Positions 26,491 through 39,645 of a stretch of 64,000 nt of DNA are shown here, one piece after another. Under the pieces are notes generated by a model, which did no database searches, was not told where the DNA came from, and worked only from the letters and a program-made list of their open reading frames with translations. The stretch spans positions 27,714,001 to 27,778,000 of the forward strand of contig NC_043006.1 of assembly GCF_006345805.1 (NCBI RefSeq), written 5' to 3'. Position 1 is the first letter of the stretch, and each line of letters begins with the position of its first letter. The DNA is from Octopus sinensis (lineage: Eukaryota). The position numbers were made by a program, and so were the translations under genes.

Positions 26491-26941
26491 CTGAAAAGAA
26501 AAGAAAAAATGGAAAAATATATAGAAATTAATGAAACGGTGGTGCCCCAGCATGGCCGCGGCCTTTGGGCTAAAACATTTTTAAGATTTAAGGATTAAAC
26601 CAGCATATCAAATATTTAATTAGGGCAATACATAACAGGCAGTCTCACAATGACTCAGTCATCTACAAACTTCGATTATGTTAAAGATATTTATATAAAG
26701 GGTGCAGTGAATATATTGTTGCCTAAATTACACAAAAATAAAAATAACATTGACATCTCATTCTAACAGATATATTTACAAAAATTTCACAAAAATATCT
26801 TCAAATACTAAAGAGTAAATTTATTCGATAAAATCGCCATTGATTTAACCACGGCCTCCAGACTACTTCGGAATCACCTGCAACTCTTCTAGGCAGTCAC
26901 TTTGTGTAAAGTTGGTGAATAGTGCCATAATCTTTGCCTTC

Positions 26942-26975
<34 letters not shown>

Positions 26976-27338
26976 CACATACATATATATATACACATAT
27001 ATATATATACATATAATAATAATATTAGGGAGTAAATCCAAACTTACAGGGAAAAATTAGATTTAGGATTAAATCTAATTTTATAGTATAAATATATATA
27101 TTAAATTAGAGATAAAACTGCTATTAGGCAAATCAAACAGTGAAAATCATAAACCAATAGATAGAAATAAAATTAATTAATAAAAAATATATAAAATTCA
27201 AAATTTAAATTATTTAAATTTAAAGTTAAATTTTAAAATTATTTAAATTAATAATTTATACTTATAAATTTATATATATATATATATATTATTTTTTTTT
27301 TAAATATATATAACTATCAAAAAGTATTAAAAGTTTAA

Positions 27339-27995
27339 TCTCTTATTATAAAAGGCAGATTTTATCTGCCTCCCTTTGTCAGTTATAGAAATCTACAATA
27401 TAGGATTTCTTCAATTACAATTTACCTAGCATTTTTAAGAGTAGAATGCATCGGGTCATGCCAGGTCCAGTTTTTAAAATTTAAACTCCAATTAAGCAAA
27501 ATTTACAGAAAACTCACATTCTGGTGTGTATGTCAAATGCTTTTCTTAGTCTGGTTTACACCACACGCAAACGCACACACACACAAACGGAGCGAACTGT
27601 TTCACTGACGCTATCACCCTTCTCCTCCTTTGTCTTTGCAAGTTTGCAGCTATTAAAGTGAAAACAGTGAATCCGACAGCGATAAAGAAAACGAATTGGT
27701 ACCTGAATGGAGTGAAAATTTAAAAACTGTTTCTTTCGGTGATTTTCCTGAAGAAACTGGACACGAAGCCACAGACTTTCCCAGAAGAGTAAAGCCTTAG
27801 ACTATTTCTTTTTACTTTTTCGAATGAGCCTATTTGAAATCATTACAGCGGAAACGAACCGTTACACTAAACGTAAACAAAGCGAAAGAAAGGATAATTA
27901 GTGGTTTCTCATAACCTTAAATGAAATTAAGGCCTATTTTGCCATAAATATTATTATGGGTATCAGAAAGTTACCCAGAATAACAAATTCTATCG
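27339..27995 (+). mobile_element. Helitron-like 5' end followed by a piggyBac-transposase-like fragment
   Basis: Starts A|TCTCTTATTATAAAAGGCAG. 27720-27990 translates (frameshifted) to P.DYF, LFEIITAETNRY, WF..TLNEIKAYFAINIIMGIRKLPRI, which resembles the piggyBac DDE_Tnp_1_7 N-region. Confidence 0.55.
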
Positions 27996-28428
27996 TAAAA
28001 TTTTCTTGTATACCCAACTGAATATTAGCTAATAACCCATTTTCTATAGCGATGTTTGAACAAAATTTTAATAATTTTATATATTGTTGAATTTACCTGT
28101 ATCTACCTGCAATTAGAGTCACTTTGTGACAAAAATTATAGTATAGAATTGGTTGAGGACATTTCATTAAATTATCTTCCAAAAATCACATTAATATATT
28201 GATAAATAAAAAAGTTATTGTTGTTTAATGAAACCAGACTAAATTTATGATTACGTTAGAAATTAATTGAAACACATAAGGGGTGTATTTTGGTCAGAAA
28301 TATAGTAACGAAAGGGTTAAGAAAAACCAAAAAATATTTTATTCTTTGTAAATGTTGTGTTCAAAATAACATTTTCTTTTAAGAATGTGTATATAACAAA
28401 GTATGTGTATATAACTACGTGACTTATA

Positions 28429-28825
28429 TCTTTATATATAAGAGTGAAGTTGTGTGTCTGTCTCCTACGATTTAGATTCCTAACTACTCCCACATTTTGC
28501 GGTGCAGTGTAACCAAAACCGGGTATCTTATAGTCGTGAGTCATATCGAGCCCTTCTGGGTATTAGCACGCGTCTACGATGAGTCTACGATTTAAAAAAA
28601 TTTACCATCATATTTTTCCATTTTAATGCATTTTTTTCGCTATTATATAAGGGAAGTAACTCTCTAAAAATATCTACGATGTGTCAACGATTTAAAAAGA
28701 AATTTACCTTAATTTTTTTTCCATTTTTAATGCATTTTTTTCCTATTTTTTGGCTATAACTCTCTAAAAATGCTTATATAGTTATTTCCCTTACAAACCC
28801 GAGCAACGCCGGGCGATACTGCTAG
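28429..28825 (+). mobile_element. Non-autonomous Helitron
   Basis: 5' A|TCTTTATATATAAG, 3' CCCGAGCAACGCCGGG hairpin then CTAG|T. Confidence 0.88.
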
Positions 28826-30489
28826 TATAAGATAAAGAGTAAAACCACTACTATCATTCCATGCCCATAAACCAATTCGAATAACAATAATTTAAATTCA
28901 ATTAATAATTCGAATTATGGTTATAGTCAATCTTCAGGTTAATTATAATATTTAAATAAATAATCAGAAATATTTAAACAATATTTTTTAAGAAATAAAT
29001 AAAATAATAATTTTTCTTATAAAAACTCTATTATCAAACTAGAAACTTAACGATTATGATTATGTCATACAATCGATTATAATGTTAAATATTAATTTTT
29101 AAGTATTAATTTTTAAGTTAAGAAACCCACAAATAATCTAATATCAGTTATAGTCAATATCTAATTACATACATATTTTACAAAAAAAAAAAATGACTAT
29201 TCATATTATTAAATATAATTTCAAGTCAAATAATATATATATAATATTTGAATAATAAATAAATTATCAATGAAAATATACAAATGTATATAAATATTAG
29301 AATTAAGATCTAAAATTATCTCTATCAATAAATATATATGCACATATAATAAAGACCTAATAAATTAATTATTCATTATTACTTATAAAAATATTAATAG
29401 ATTAAAGATGAAATAGCTAATTGTAAAAAAACAAACAATCTTAAACGAACGCTATAACAAATTAACGTACTATATATCTCTTTGGCTAACTAATAACTTT
29501 CAAAAATCGTATAGTTAAAATAGAATAATAAAATACTTAATGAAATAATCAATCCGTAGTTATATAGTATCAAATAAATACTACAAATATATTTATCAAT
29601 GGGAAGAATATTACTATCAATTATCAATTTTAAAAAAAACAATATATAAGTTATAATAACAATTATAAGAAATTTAAAATAACTATCAACAAATATAGTT
29701 ATTTATGACTAAAATTTATGCTATCAATACATGTATATACATGAAACCTAACTTTAAAAAACTCGTATAATTGTTAAAGATCTATATATCTCTTTGGCTA
29801 AGTAAAGTCTTACGAATAAACGTAATGTTAATATCTAATAATTATATAGAAAAAATTACAATAATTAGATCATTACATAACCATCAATATTTATATAAAA
29901 AACAATATTATACCATAAGACTTATTAAAATATTAAAATTTTTAAATCTTAAATATAAATATATACTTAGCTTTGCGAGGTTTTGTGAAAAAAAAAAAAT
30001 AATAATAATAATAATAAAATATATTAAAAAATTTATAAGTATACATTATTAATTTAAATAATTTTTTAAATTTTAACTTTAAATTTAAATAATTTAAATT
30101 TTGAATTTTATATTTTATATATTTTTTTATTAATTAATTTTATTTCTATGTATTGGTTTATGATTTTCACTTTGATTTGCCTAATAATGGTTTTATCTCT
30201 AATTTAATATATATATATATATATATTAAATTAGAGATAAAACCACTATATATATATATACATACATACATATATACATACATATATATATATACATACA
30301 TATACATACACAATCAACGTGTATATACTATTTACATGTGTAAAATACATAAATAAATACAATTAAACAATAGGTTCAAGTACATATACCATACGTCATA
30401 TACATATATACATACATTGGAACATATAAACACGTCTATTGTTATGAACAGAATAATAATAATAATAATATGTATATATGCATATACAT

Positions 30490-30770
30490 GTGGCTGTTGC
30501 CAGTGCCACCCCGACTGGCCTCGTGCAGGTGGCATGTAAAAAGCACCATCCGATCGTGGCCGTTTGCTAGCCTTTGCCTGGCACCTGTGCCGGTGGCACG
30601 TAAAAGCACCCACTACACTCACGGAGTGGTTGGCATTAGGAAGGGCATCCAACCGTAGAAACATTGCCAGATCAGACTGGGCCTGGTGCAGCCTTCTGGC
30701 TACCCAGACCCCCAGTTGAACCATCGAACCCATGCTAGCATGGAAAGCGGACGCTAAACAATGATGATGA
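30490..30770 (+). mobile_element. RTE 3'-end copy
   Basis: Same 3'UTR and (GAT)n tail as 22850-23245. Confidence 0.88.
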
Positions 30771-30836
30771 TATATACATATACATACATATATATATATA
30801 TATATACACATATATATATACATATATATATATACA

Positions 30837-32261
30837 CTAGCAGCATAGCCCGGCGTTGCCCGGGTATGTAAGAGCCCCTAGTAGGCAACAACTAATCCCA
30901 ATCTAGTCCTTTCCCTCTAGGGAACGAAGGCGCATGTGTAGGTTGCAATGTCTTCTCTTCACTCGAATACTTCTGTGTATACGATGTTCCTAGCTGTCCC
31001 TTTGGGCAAAAACATGAAAACATCATTGCGCCTCCCAACGCATGAACAGCCCACGTAGAGTTGACCGTGGGCGAATGGACGAAGCACTGTTCGCCCAAAT
31101 GTAACGTTTGGCCTTGGGATTTATTGATGGACATTGCGAAGCAGAGTTTGACAGGAAACTGAGAATGCCTGAAGTGGATTGGTAGGTCAGCGCCCGACGG
31201 TTGAAGGTGCATGCATGGAATGAAGACGTCCTCTCCCTTCCCACAACTGGTAAGTATTGTGGCCGTTATTAAATGTGGTACCAAATGTTTCACAACCAGA
31301 CGTGTGCCGTTGCACTGTTTAGGTGGAACCAAATTCCTGATGAGCATAATGGGCGCACCGACTTTTAACTTCAGGATGTGTGGCGGCAGGCCTGGCGGTT
31401 CAAGTGAATTCAGGAATTCAACAGGATAATCGGCAAGCTCAGCGGGGTCTGCTGTCCTATCTATAGATTTGTAGATGTGGACATCACCAGGAATAGCTTC
31501 AAGTAGCTGGATACTGATGGAGTTGATGGTTGTATTTTGGGGTGCGAGAATAGCTCTGCCTGTCAGCCATTTTAGGTTGCGTAAATTGTTTTGTAGGTCG
31601 TGGAAGACAGCGTCCCGGAGGCTAGCAGGAGTGTCGACACTGGTGCAAAGTGAGTTAAAAAGGTCGAGTTGCGTCCCCTAGACAGTCTGTGGTTTGTGTT
31701 TAATACACAAATCGGTTTGCTATGTGTGCCACATATGATTTAATTAACCAATTTTTTCCAGTAATAAAGTATCCTATTGAAATAAAAAGGAGCAGACATG
31801 ATGCTCGCTGTGAATTTTAAAAAAAAATTCCTGCCAATTTGTGAAAGATATTGTCGAAAATATGTCATCTTGAATTTCAACGCGATTTCCCAAAATGGCA
31901 TGATTTTATCGATTTTTTCTGATGGTAAGGTATTGCATGGAAAACTAACGTAAGAATTAAGTTTCTCAGGGTAACATTAAGCTTCACCATCAGTTTGGTG
32001 AAAATCGATTGCAAATTGCGAAAACTACAACAGAAAATGTGTTGCATATAAAAAGCTTAGATTCTCGACCCCATGTCGAATTTATCGATTTTTTTCAGAA
32101 CTGGGGGAACTTTTCAAAATTTTCGGTGCGTTAGTTTTGAATTATGACATTGGGCTATGTGTGTGTCAAGTTTCATCAGAATCGGTTGAAAGCCGTGGTC
32201 AGGGTGAGGGTACAACCTGACAGACACACAGACAGACAAACTGCCGTTTATATATAGAGAG

Positions 32262-32262
<1 letters not shown>
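30837..32262 (-). mobile_element. Helitron deletion derivative carrying a PIF1-helicase fragment
   Basis: 5' A|TC. Helicase motifs LIRNL...CNGTRL, VFIP, QFPVKLCFAMSINKSQGQTL. 3' CCCGGGCAACGCCGGG hairpin plus CTAG|T. Confidence 0.9.
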
Positions 32263-32293
<31 letters not shown>

Positions 32294-32360
32294 ACATATT
32301 GGCTACAATGTAACGAAGTAAGTTGTCCCTTTATATGTTGCTATCATTGTGTCTTGTTGT

Positions 32361-32451
32361 GAAGCATCCTGATGAGGGGAGTGTCTGTCTCATTAAAATA
32401 TGAAATTTATATCATATTATCGGACACGTCTCCGAAACAGCCCGTCGAGGG
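32361..32451 (+). ncRNA. Hammerhead-ribozyme-like motif with intact core and long stem II
   Basis: CTGATGA (32369-75), GGGGAGTGTCTG...CGGACACGTCTCC, GAAAC (32434-38), AGCCC, GTC. Stem I is only partly paired (CATC/GAGG). Confidence 0.55.
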
Positions 32452-34199
32452 AATATTATCTTTGTGTATTAGTATGTCATGTTAATGTAATATATAATTT
32501 CAAATTTTCCACCAGACTCAGTGTAGTAACTTGTGAATCTTTATTACCTTGTATCTTATCGTGTGAATTAATAATTATTGTGTAAATTATTAACTCAATA
32601 AGTCTTATATTATGTTGATGTTTTATATTTTGCCTGTGTATTTATAACAATGAGCATTCTTGAATATTTTTAAATACCTACGAGTTTTATCGTATATCAT
32701 ATCGACATTTTATACATGTTTTACATCTGTTTGCATATCTTTTATGTATTTATATTTATAATGCCAACATGTTTTTTTAATATTATAAAAAATATTTTTA
32801 AATATTTGAGTATTTTTAAATATTAAATGTGCAAATTCATGGTTGAATAGAATTAATTAATTAGATTAGATTAAATTAATTATATATCACTGTACTCTTC
32901 AGTGCAAAGGAAAAAGCAGAGTAGGATCTAGGAGATTCATATTTATCCTTATTAGAAAGAAAGATATGTGTGAGGCCAGTTAGGTATTAACTAAAGCTAA
33001 AGGCTATAACTGTTATTTGAAAATATAAGTGAGAGAGGTTTTAGAGATGTTCCCTCTATAGATGAGTAAGGAGATTAGAAATTCATTCTCCAAATAAGTC
33101 GTGTAGGGAAAAGATTGTACAGAAATGTCCAATGGAAAGGCATGGTTATATTTGAATTAAGATTTTGTAACTATGTTTAAGTATAAATAAAAATATGAGG
33201 TAAGGAACTAACTTGGTATAATGTAAGAGGGATATATAGTGGCATTAGGTGTGTATTAATATTGAAGTAATAGAAGAGTGTTGTGTATTATGAATATAAG
33301 AATATTAGGGGTGCACATAAATATACAAAAAAATTTATACACAATCTCCTACAAAACTTATACAAAAACTTATAAGGAAAAATTGTTAGTATATTTACTT
33401 ATAGGTGAGTAGAGGAATCTCTGCACATTAGTATACATAGATATAGGAATTCCAGTTGTTTTTTGATTAGGGATTACATAAAGGAACACCGTATAAATGT
33501 ATTCATAATCATACAGGTGCAAAGAGAGAAAAAAGACACACACATATAGATAGAAGTACAGACATATATAAAGAAATAGTAGTATATATGTGTGTATGCA
33601 AAAACATACATATATATACGTACACGTTCATATTAAAAAATACAAGTTATTGGCAATATATAGTGAATAAACACACAATAATAATAGATATGCACACACA
33701 GTTGTATGCATGTAGGACATCAAGAAGTACTATATATGTTTGCATATATCAGCAGTATAATATATTTAATTATCAGATAGACTGACAAGTAACATGAAAC
33801 AGTATTGGTTAGAATGGTTATGTTGAGGGGGTTTAAAAGGACACATAATACAAATAAAATAAAATACAAGAAAATATATAGGTATATTATATATATACTA
33901 AGGAACGATATTATTTTTTTAAAAAACAGACATATTGAGAGAAAAGGAGGTGTAGGGAGAGTTAGATAAAGTGTTAGCCTAATATATAGTGAGTCATGCA
34001 ATTGTTAGAAGAAAAAGTTAGACAAATAAAAAAAAATATCATGATAGTGTAAGATATAATGATGTAAAGAGGATGTGATGAGTAATCATATTCCATAGAA
34101 AAAGATAATATATAGAAATATCTTTTAAAAAATACCCAAAACAAATATAAGCAAGTGGGGAGTGAAGAATTATTTAAGATTGATAAAAAGGAAATTGAT

Positions 34200-35760
34200 C
34201 ATGTGTTTAAATGAGCAAACACTTTCATCCCTAGTGTTAACCAGATTTCCATTCATTCTCATTACGCTATAGCTTTCTTCTAAACATAACCTACAAATTT
34301 TATTTTTATATCTATAAGAGGGGCATAAGATAGGATTTTCCAAGAAATTGAGAAATCAATATTGTTTCTTTTGAGGTGCCAAATTCTTTTAGATAGACTT
34401 GTGCTATTCTCTTTTCTAGGATCCCTAAAAGAAGATTTATGGTTATTAATTCTCAATTTAAGACACTTTTTCGTGCAACCAACGTATATATATTTAGAGG
34501 AGTCCTGAGTAATAATAGTTGTTTGGTATACTTCTTTCATTTTGCAATTTCTACTTCACAGGGTCTCTACAATTACAATTTAAATTATTGGTTGATACTA
34601 TGGTGTTATGTTTATGTTTATTAGGGATAATGGAGTTCTGGTTATTATCATAATAGTAGTTGTTAATTATAGGATTATTGGAGGTACTAGGTACATTTAA
34701 CAAAGTTTTTTTTTTTTATTATAGAATAGATCCAGTTTCTTATTGTTAAAAGAAGAGATTATCCTAAAGAGATTAGGGGAGACTGAAAATCCAAATCTAA
34801 TTTTTTTATTATTAAATATTTTTGCATATTTAGAATTTTTAAAGTTTTTATTAATTATCATTCTAATGGATCTAATAAAGTTAGATTTTAGATGTTTGAC
34901 AAAAGGTATTATGATCCAAGTAGTGTTATTACTATTTTCTTTATTGGAATGATAGGTTGTGTTTGCAGGGTCGGCTATTCTTACACAAGGTATTGGTTCT
35001 CTTTTTGCTATTCTATTCCCATCTATATTAACTTGAGTTCTATGGTTATATGTTTAAATGAAGGAATTAGGTGAGTTTAGATTATTTTCATTTTTTTCTG
35101 CTTATTGGTTTAATATTCCTATTAAGCAGTTTTTGTGTTTGTTGTCAGTAGTCTTGGGTTTATTAATATTAGCATTAGTGTAGTTAGTAAGATGGGAATT
35201 GCTAAAATTTATATTATTTTTTCTGTTAGTAAAGTCATGTTTATGGTGTTCGTATTTACTAACATTATTAGTATGTCTACTGTAGTTGTGATTTCCGTGT
35301 TTTTTGCTAAGTTATGTCAATGACTATCATTGAGAGTTTTTTTATACGTTTATTGGGGTGTACTAATTCATCAGGTGACTTATCTACATTATTCATTTCA
35401 AGATAAAGCATGGTATTATTAGTATTGATGCTGTTGTTTTTCTTGTACTTAATTTCATATTTATATCCTGCCTTGTTAAGTGCTAGTTTACAATAGTCCT
35501 TTTGTTTGCTAAATATTTCTTCAATAGATGATAATAAGTTAATTCTTTTCTCTACACTAGTGTTCAGGTTTTCTCTAATGTTATAAGGATGGCTCACTTG
35601 AGTATTTATATATGTGATATTCTAGTTAGGTTTATGGTAAGGTTGATGGGAGGAAGAACTAAGATTGAAGTCAATGTCTAGAAAGTTCACGGAGTTGTTT
35701 TCCTTTTCAATACTAATGGATAGTCCTTGGTTTTTAAAAAATTGTGTAACCTATATTTGT
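34200..35760 (-). mobile_element. Penelope-like element, RT thumb to GIY-YIG, decayed
   Basis: VNFLDIDFNL, SHPYNIRENL..SVEKRINLLSSIEEIF..QK..ALNKAGYKY, VYQ..I...YIYVGCT...LKLRINNHKSSF...NSTSLSKRIWHLK...ISWKIL. Confidence 0.88.
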
Positions 35761-35846
35761 AGACTTCAAGCTCTCTGTTGACAGTGTTTCTAATTGATGA
35801 GTTTTATGGGATTTCTTTCCATACATTCACAACAGACCACAAACCA

Positions 35847-35894
<48 letters not shown>

Positions 35895-36094
35895 GTACAT
35901 ATATATATATACACATGTGTATATTTTATATAATATATATGCATATATACATATATATATATACACATGTGTATATTTATATATACTATATATGCATATA
36001 TACATATATATGTATACATATATATATATATATATATACATATGTATATATGTATTATATGTATATCTATATATACATAAATATGTATATATGT

Positions 36095-37512
36095 ATCATC
36101 ATCATCATCATCATCATTTAGCGTCCGTTTTCCATGCTAGCATGGTTGGACGGTTCTACTGGGGTCTGTGAAGCCAGAAGGCTTCATCAGGCCCAGTCAA
36201 ATCTGGCAGTGTTTCTTCTACGGCTGGATGCCCTTCCTAACGCCAACCACTCCATGAGTGTAGTGGGTGCTTTTTACGTGCCACCCGCACTGGTGCCAGA
36301 CAGAGCTGGCAACGGCCACGAACGGATGGTGCTTTTTATGTGCCACCGGCACGAGGGCCAGGCGAGGCTGGCAACGGACACGAAACGGGGCGGTGCTGGC
36401 AACGGTCGCGAAACGGAAAGTTCTCTACATGCCACCGGCTGGTAACACATCTGCAATTTCCATTGATCGATTTCCATTGATCGATTTCGATTCTGATCCT
36501 CACTTGCCTCAATGGGTCTTCACAAGCAGAGTTTCGACATGCCACCGGCACTTAGCACATCCGCAATTTCCATTGATCGATTTCGATTCTGATCCTCACT
36601 TGCCTCAACACGTCTTCACAAGTAGAGTTTTGTGTCCAAGAAGGGAAGGTATGCATACGTAGGCTGGCTCCATCCCATGTAGAAGGCCACGGGTTGTGGA
36701 CTCACTTGTCCTGCCGGGTCTTCTCGCGCACAGCACACTTCCAGAGGTCTCGGTCTCTAGTCATTTCCTCAGTGAGACCTAAAGTTCGAAGGTCGTGCTT
36801 CACCCCCGGTCCACCTCGTCCCAGGTTTTCCTGGGTCTGCCTCTTCCACAGGTTCCCTCAACCGCTAGGGTGTGGCACTTTTTCACACAACTATCTTCAT
36901 CCATTCGCCACATGACCATACCAGCGCAAACGTCTCTCTTGCACACCACAACTGATGCTTCTTAGGTCCAGCTTTTCTCTCAAGGTACTTACACTCTGCC
37001 GAGTGTGAGTACCGGCATTACACATCCATCGAGCATACTGGCTTCATTTCTAGCGAGCTTACGCATATCCTCAGCAGTCACGGCCCATGTTTCATCACTG
37101 CCATGTAGCATGGCTGTTCGTACACACGCATCATACAGTCTGCCTTTCACTCTGTGCGAGAGCCTTTTGTCACCAGCAGAGGTAAGAGCTCTCTGAACTT
37201 TGCCCAAGCTATTCTTACTCTAGCAGTTACACTTTCAGCACACCCACCCCCGCTGCTGACTTGGTCACCTAGGTAACGGAAACTATCAACTATTTCTAGT
37301 GTTTCTCCCTGGAAAGTGACGGAAGTTTGTCTCAGAGCATTTTCAGTGTTTATTGTTCCTGAGCATCTGCCACATACAAAAACCATCTTCCTAGTTAGCC
37401 TTCCTTTGACATTGCTGCATCTCTTATGTGTCCATAGCTTACACTTGGTGCATCTTATAGAGTTTCTACCTACACCTTTTCTACAGATCGAGCAGGGCCA
37501 TCTACCTGAAGG
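36095..37512 (-). mobile_element. 5'-truncated RTE LINE with PHD-like finger, 3'UTR and (GAT)n tail
   Basis: WPCSICRKGVGRNSIRCTKCKLWTHKRC..CGRC, LEIVDSFRYLG, RVKGRLYDACVRTAMLHGS. Its 3'UTR is shared with the short RTE-tail copies. Confidence 0.92.
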
Positions 37513-39369
37513 TGTTTGTGATTATATATGTATATCTATATATACATAAATATGTGTATATACATATACATGTATATCTATATATACATAAATATGTATA
37601 TATACATATACATGTATATCTATATATAGATAAATATGTATATATACATAAATATGTATATATACATATACATGTATATCTATATATAGATAAATATGTA
37701 TATATACATATACATGTATATATATATAGATAAATATGTATATATACATATACACGTATATATATATAGATAAATATGTATATACATATACAGTATATAT
37801 ATAATATATATATGTATGCATAACCTTCAGGAGGCCATTTGTCCTAAACCATTTAGACTATTGCTCTGCAACAAACTACATGAAGCTACATATGACTCTA
37901 CACAACTATACTGTTCACTGTTTAATATTTACTCCTAAATATTTCCTTGTTCCATGAATATCATCGTTATTCTTGTCCCATGTGTACTGAGTTTAACCCA
38001 GCCTATTATCCTTCTAAAGTTGTTAAATACAGGGGTTTTTAACTAACTTTAGATTCCTTCAGAAACTTTTTTCTGTTTACTATTTTATAGTTATGAAAAA
38101 ATTTCTTAGCTATCTTATGATAACATTAACATTATTTTTTACATTTGTTTTGTTTTTAACTTAATTTCTCGAAGTATCATGTATAGTATCCTATAAGTAC
38201 AATAGTATCTACTTCTCAATACACATCAAGCTATCATACTTCAAATCATGTTTTCATTTCCCTATTCATATTTTTCATCAAAGGAAGATTTTTTTATTTT
38301 AAACTTTCATTACATTTTTGAAAATCTGTTCATTTAAACATAGCTCATATTGGGCATTCTTAATTCTACATGTGTCTGTGCCTGTGTGCTATACATACAG
38401 ACACACATGTATATATACCTCACCTCTACCCCCACCCTTGCTTTCCCCATTCTCGCCTCCCCCCCCCACTTCCCAATACATCACACCACTACACCACCAT
38501 ACCACACAACATCATATCACATCACACCATGCACACACTAGCACTGACCACTTCCCAGCCCCACATCCTCAAACCTACACATACACACACGCACAACATC
38601 AAGGTCACCAGCCCTTTTCCACATGCACACACGTACTCTCTTATACACAGCATGTGCACCTTTGTTTTGGGATCACCACTACTTTATTATCTCCCCTTCT
38701 CCCTAACTCTCCCGTGTGACCCTTCTGTCCGGCATTCGTCATGATAGATTGCTAGCCACTACACATTCTTTATTTTCTCTCCTTGTTCCTTTCTGTGGAA
38801 GAGCGTAGGCTCAAAATGTTAAAGACTTTTTCACTTCCTGAGCATTAAACTAAAACATCTGTTTGTTGTCTACACCACCTGTCTTCGTCTTTTGTTTTTT
38901 TGTGAATTCTCCCTACATGTGTGTGTGTGTGTGTGTTTTTTTGATATATATACATATATATATAGCAAATATAAATATCAAGTGTTTCAAGACCCAATTT
39001 CAACAATGTAACTACATGCAGATTTTCTTTCCCTCTCTGAGTGTCTCATTAACACTTTGCATGTACTATGTCCTCGTGCTGTTGTTTTTTTCTGGATGTC
39101 TTTTTTCTCCATTTTTTTTTATTAATTATATACACACACATTTATATTCATGTACGTATGCATTTATGTATCTATATATAGATATAAACACACACACAAA
39201 AGTGTCTGCATATATATATCATAAAACAAAATTCTGAGTCAGGCAATTATTTAACATTCTAGTTCCATGATAATAAAGGTAACTAATCTTATCAGTGATC
39301 AGTATAGTCATGTAGTAAATGTGAAAGAATTGTGCAATGCTTTTAATGACCTTGTATGGTTAAACAATC

Positions 39370-39645
39370 TCTTCCACTATAGGCTCAGGGTAACCAAAGC
39401 GTTATGAGTGGACTTGGTAGTCAGAAACTGGAAGAAGCTCATGATGTGTATGTGTATTTGTCCCTCACCACTGCTTGACAACCAGTGATGGTTTGTGTAC
39501 ATGCCTGTAACTTAGTGGTTTGGCAAAAGAGACCAATAGAATAAGTACCAAGCTTGAAAATAAGTACTTGTTCGACTAAAAATTCTTCAAGGCAGTGCCC
39601 CAGCATGACCATAGTCTAATGACTGAAACAAGTAAAAGATAAAAA
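39370..39645 (+). mobile_element. Diverged tRNA-SINE copy of the same family
   Basis: Central and 3' motifs are recognisable. Partial copies also lie at about 180-350, 2270-2420, 3478-3630, 45070-45200 (+) and 19195-19245, 51830-51900 (-). Confidence 0.75.
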
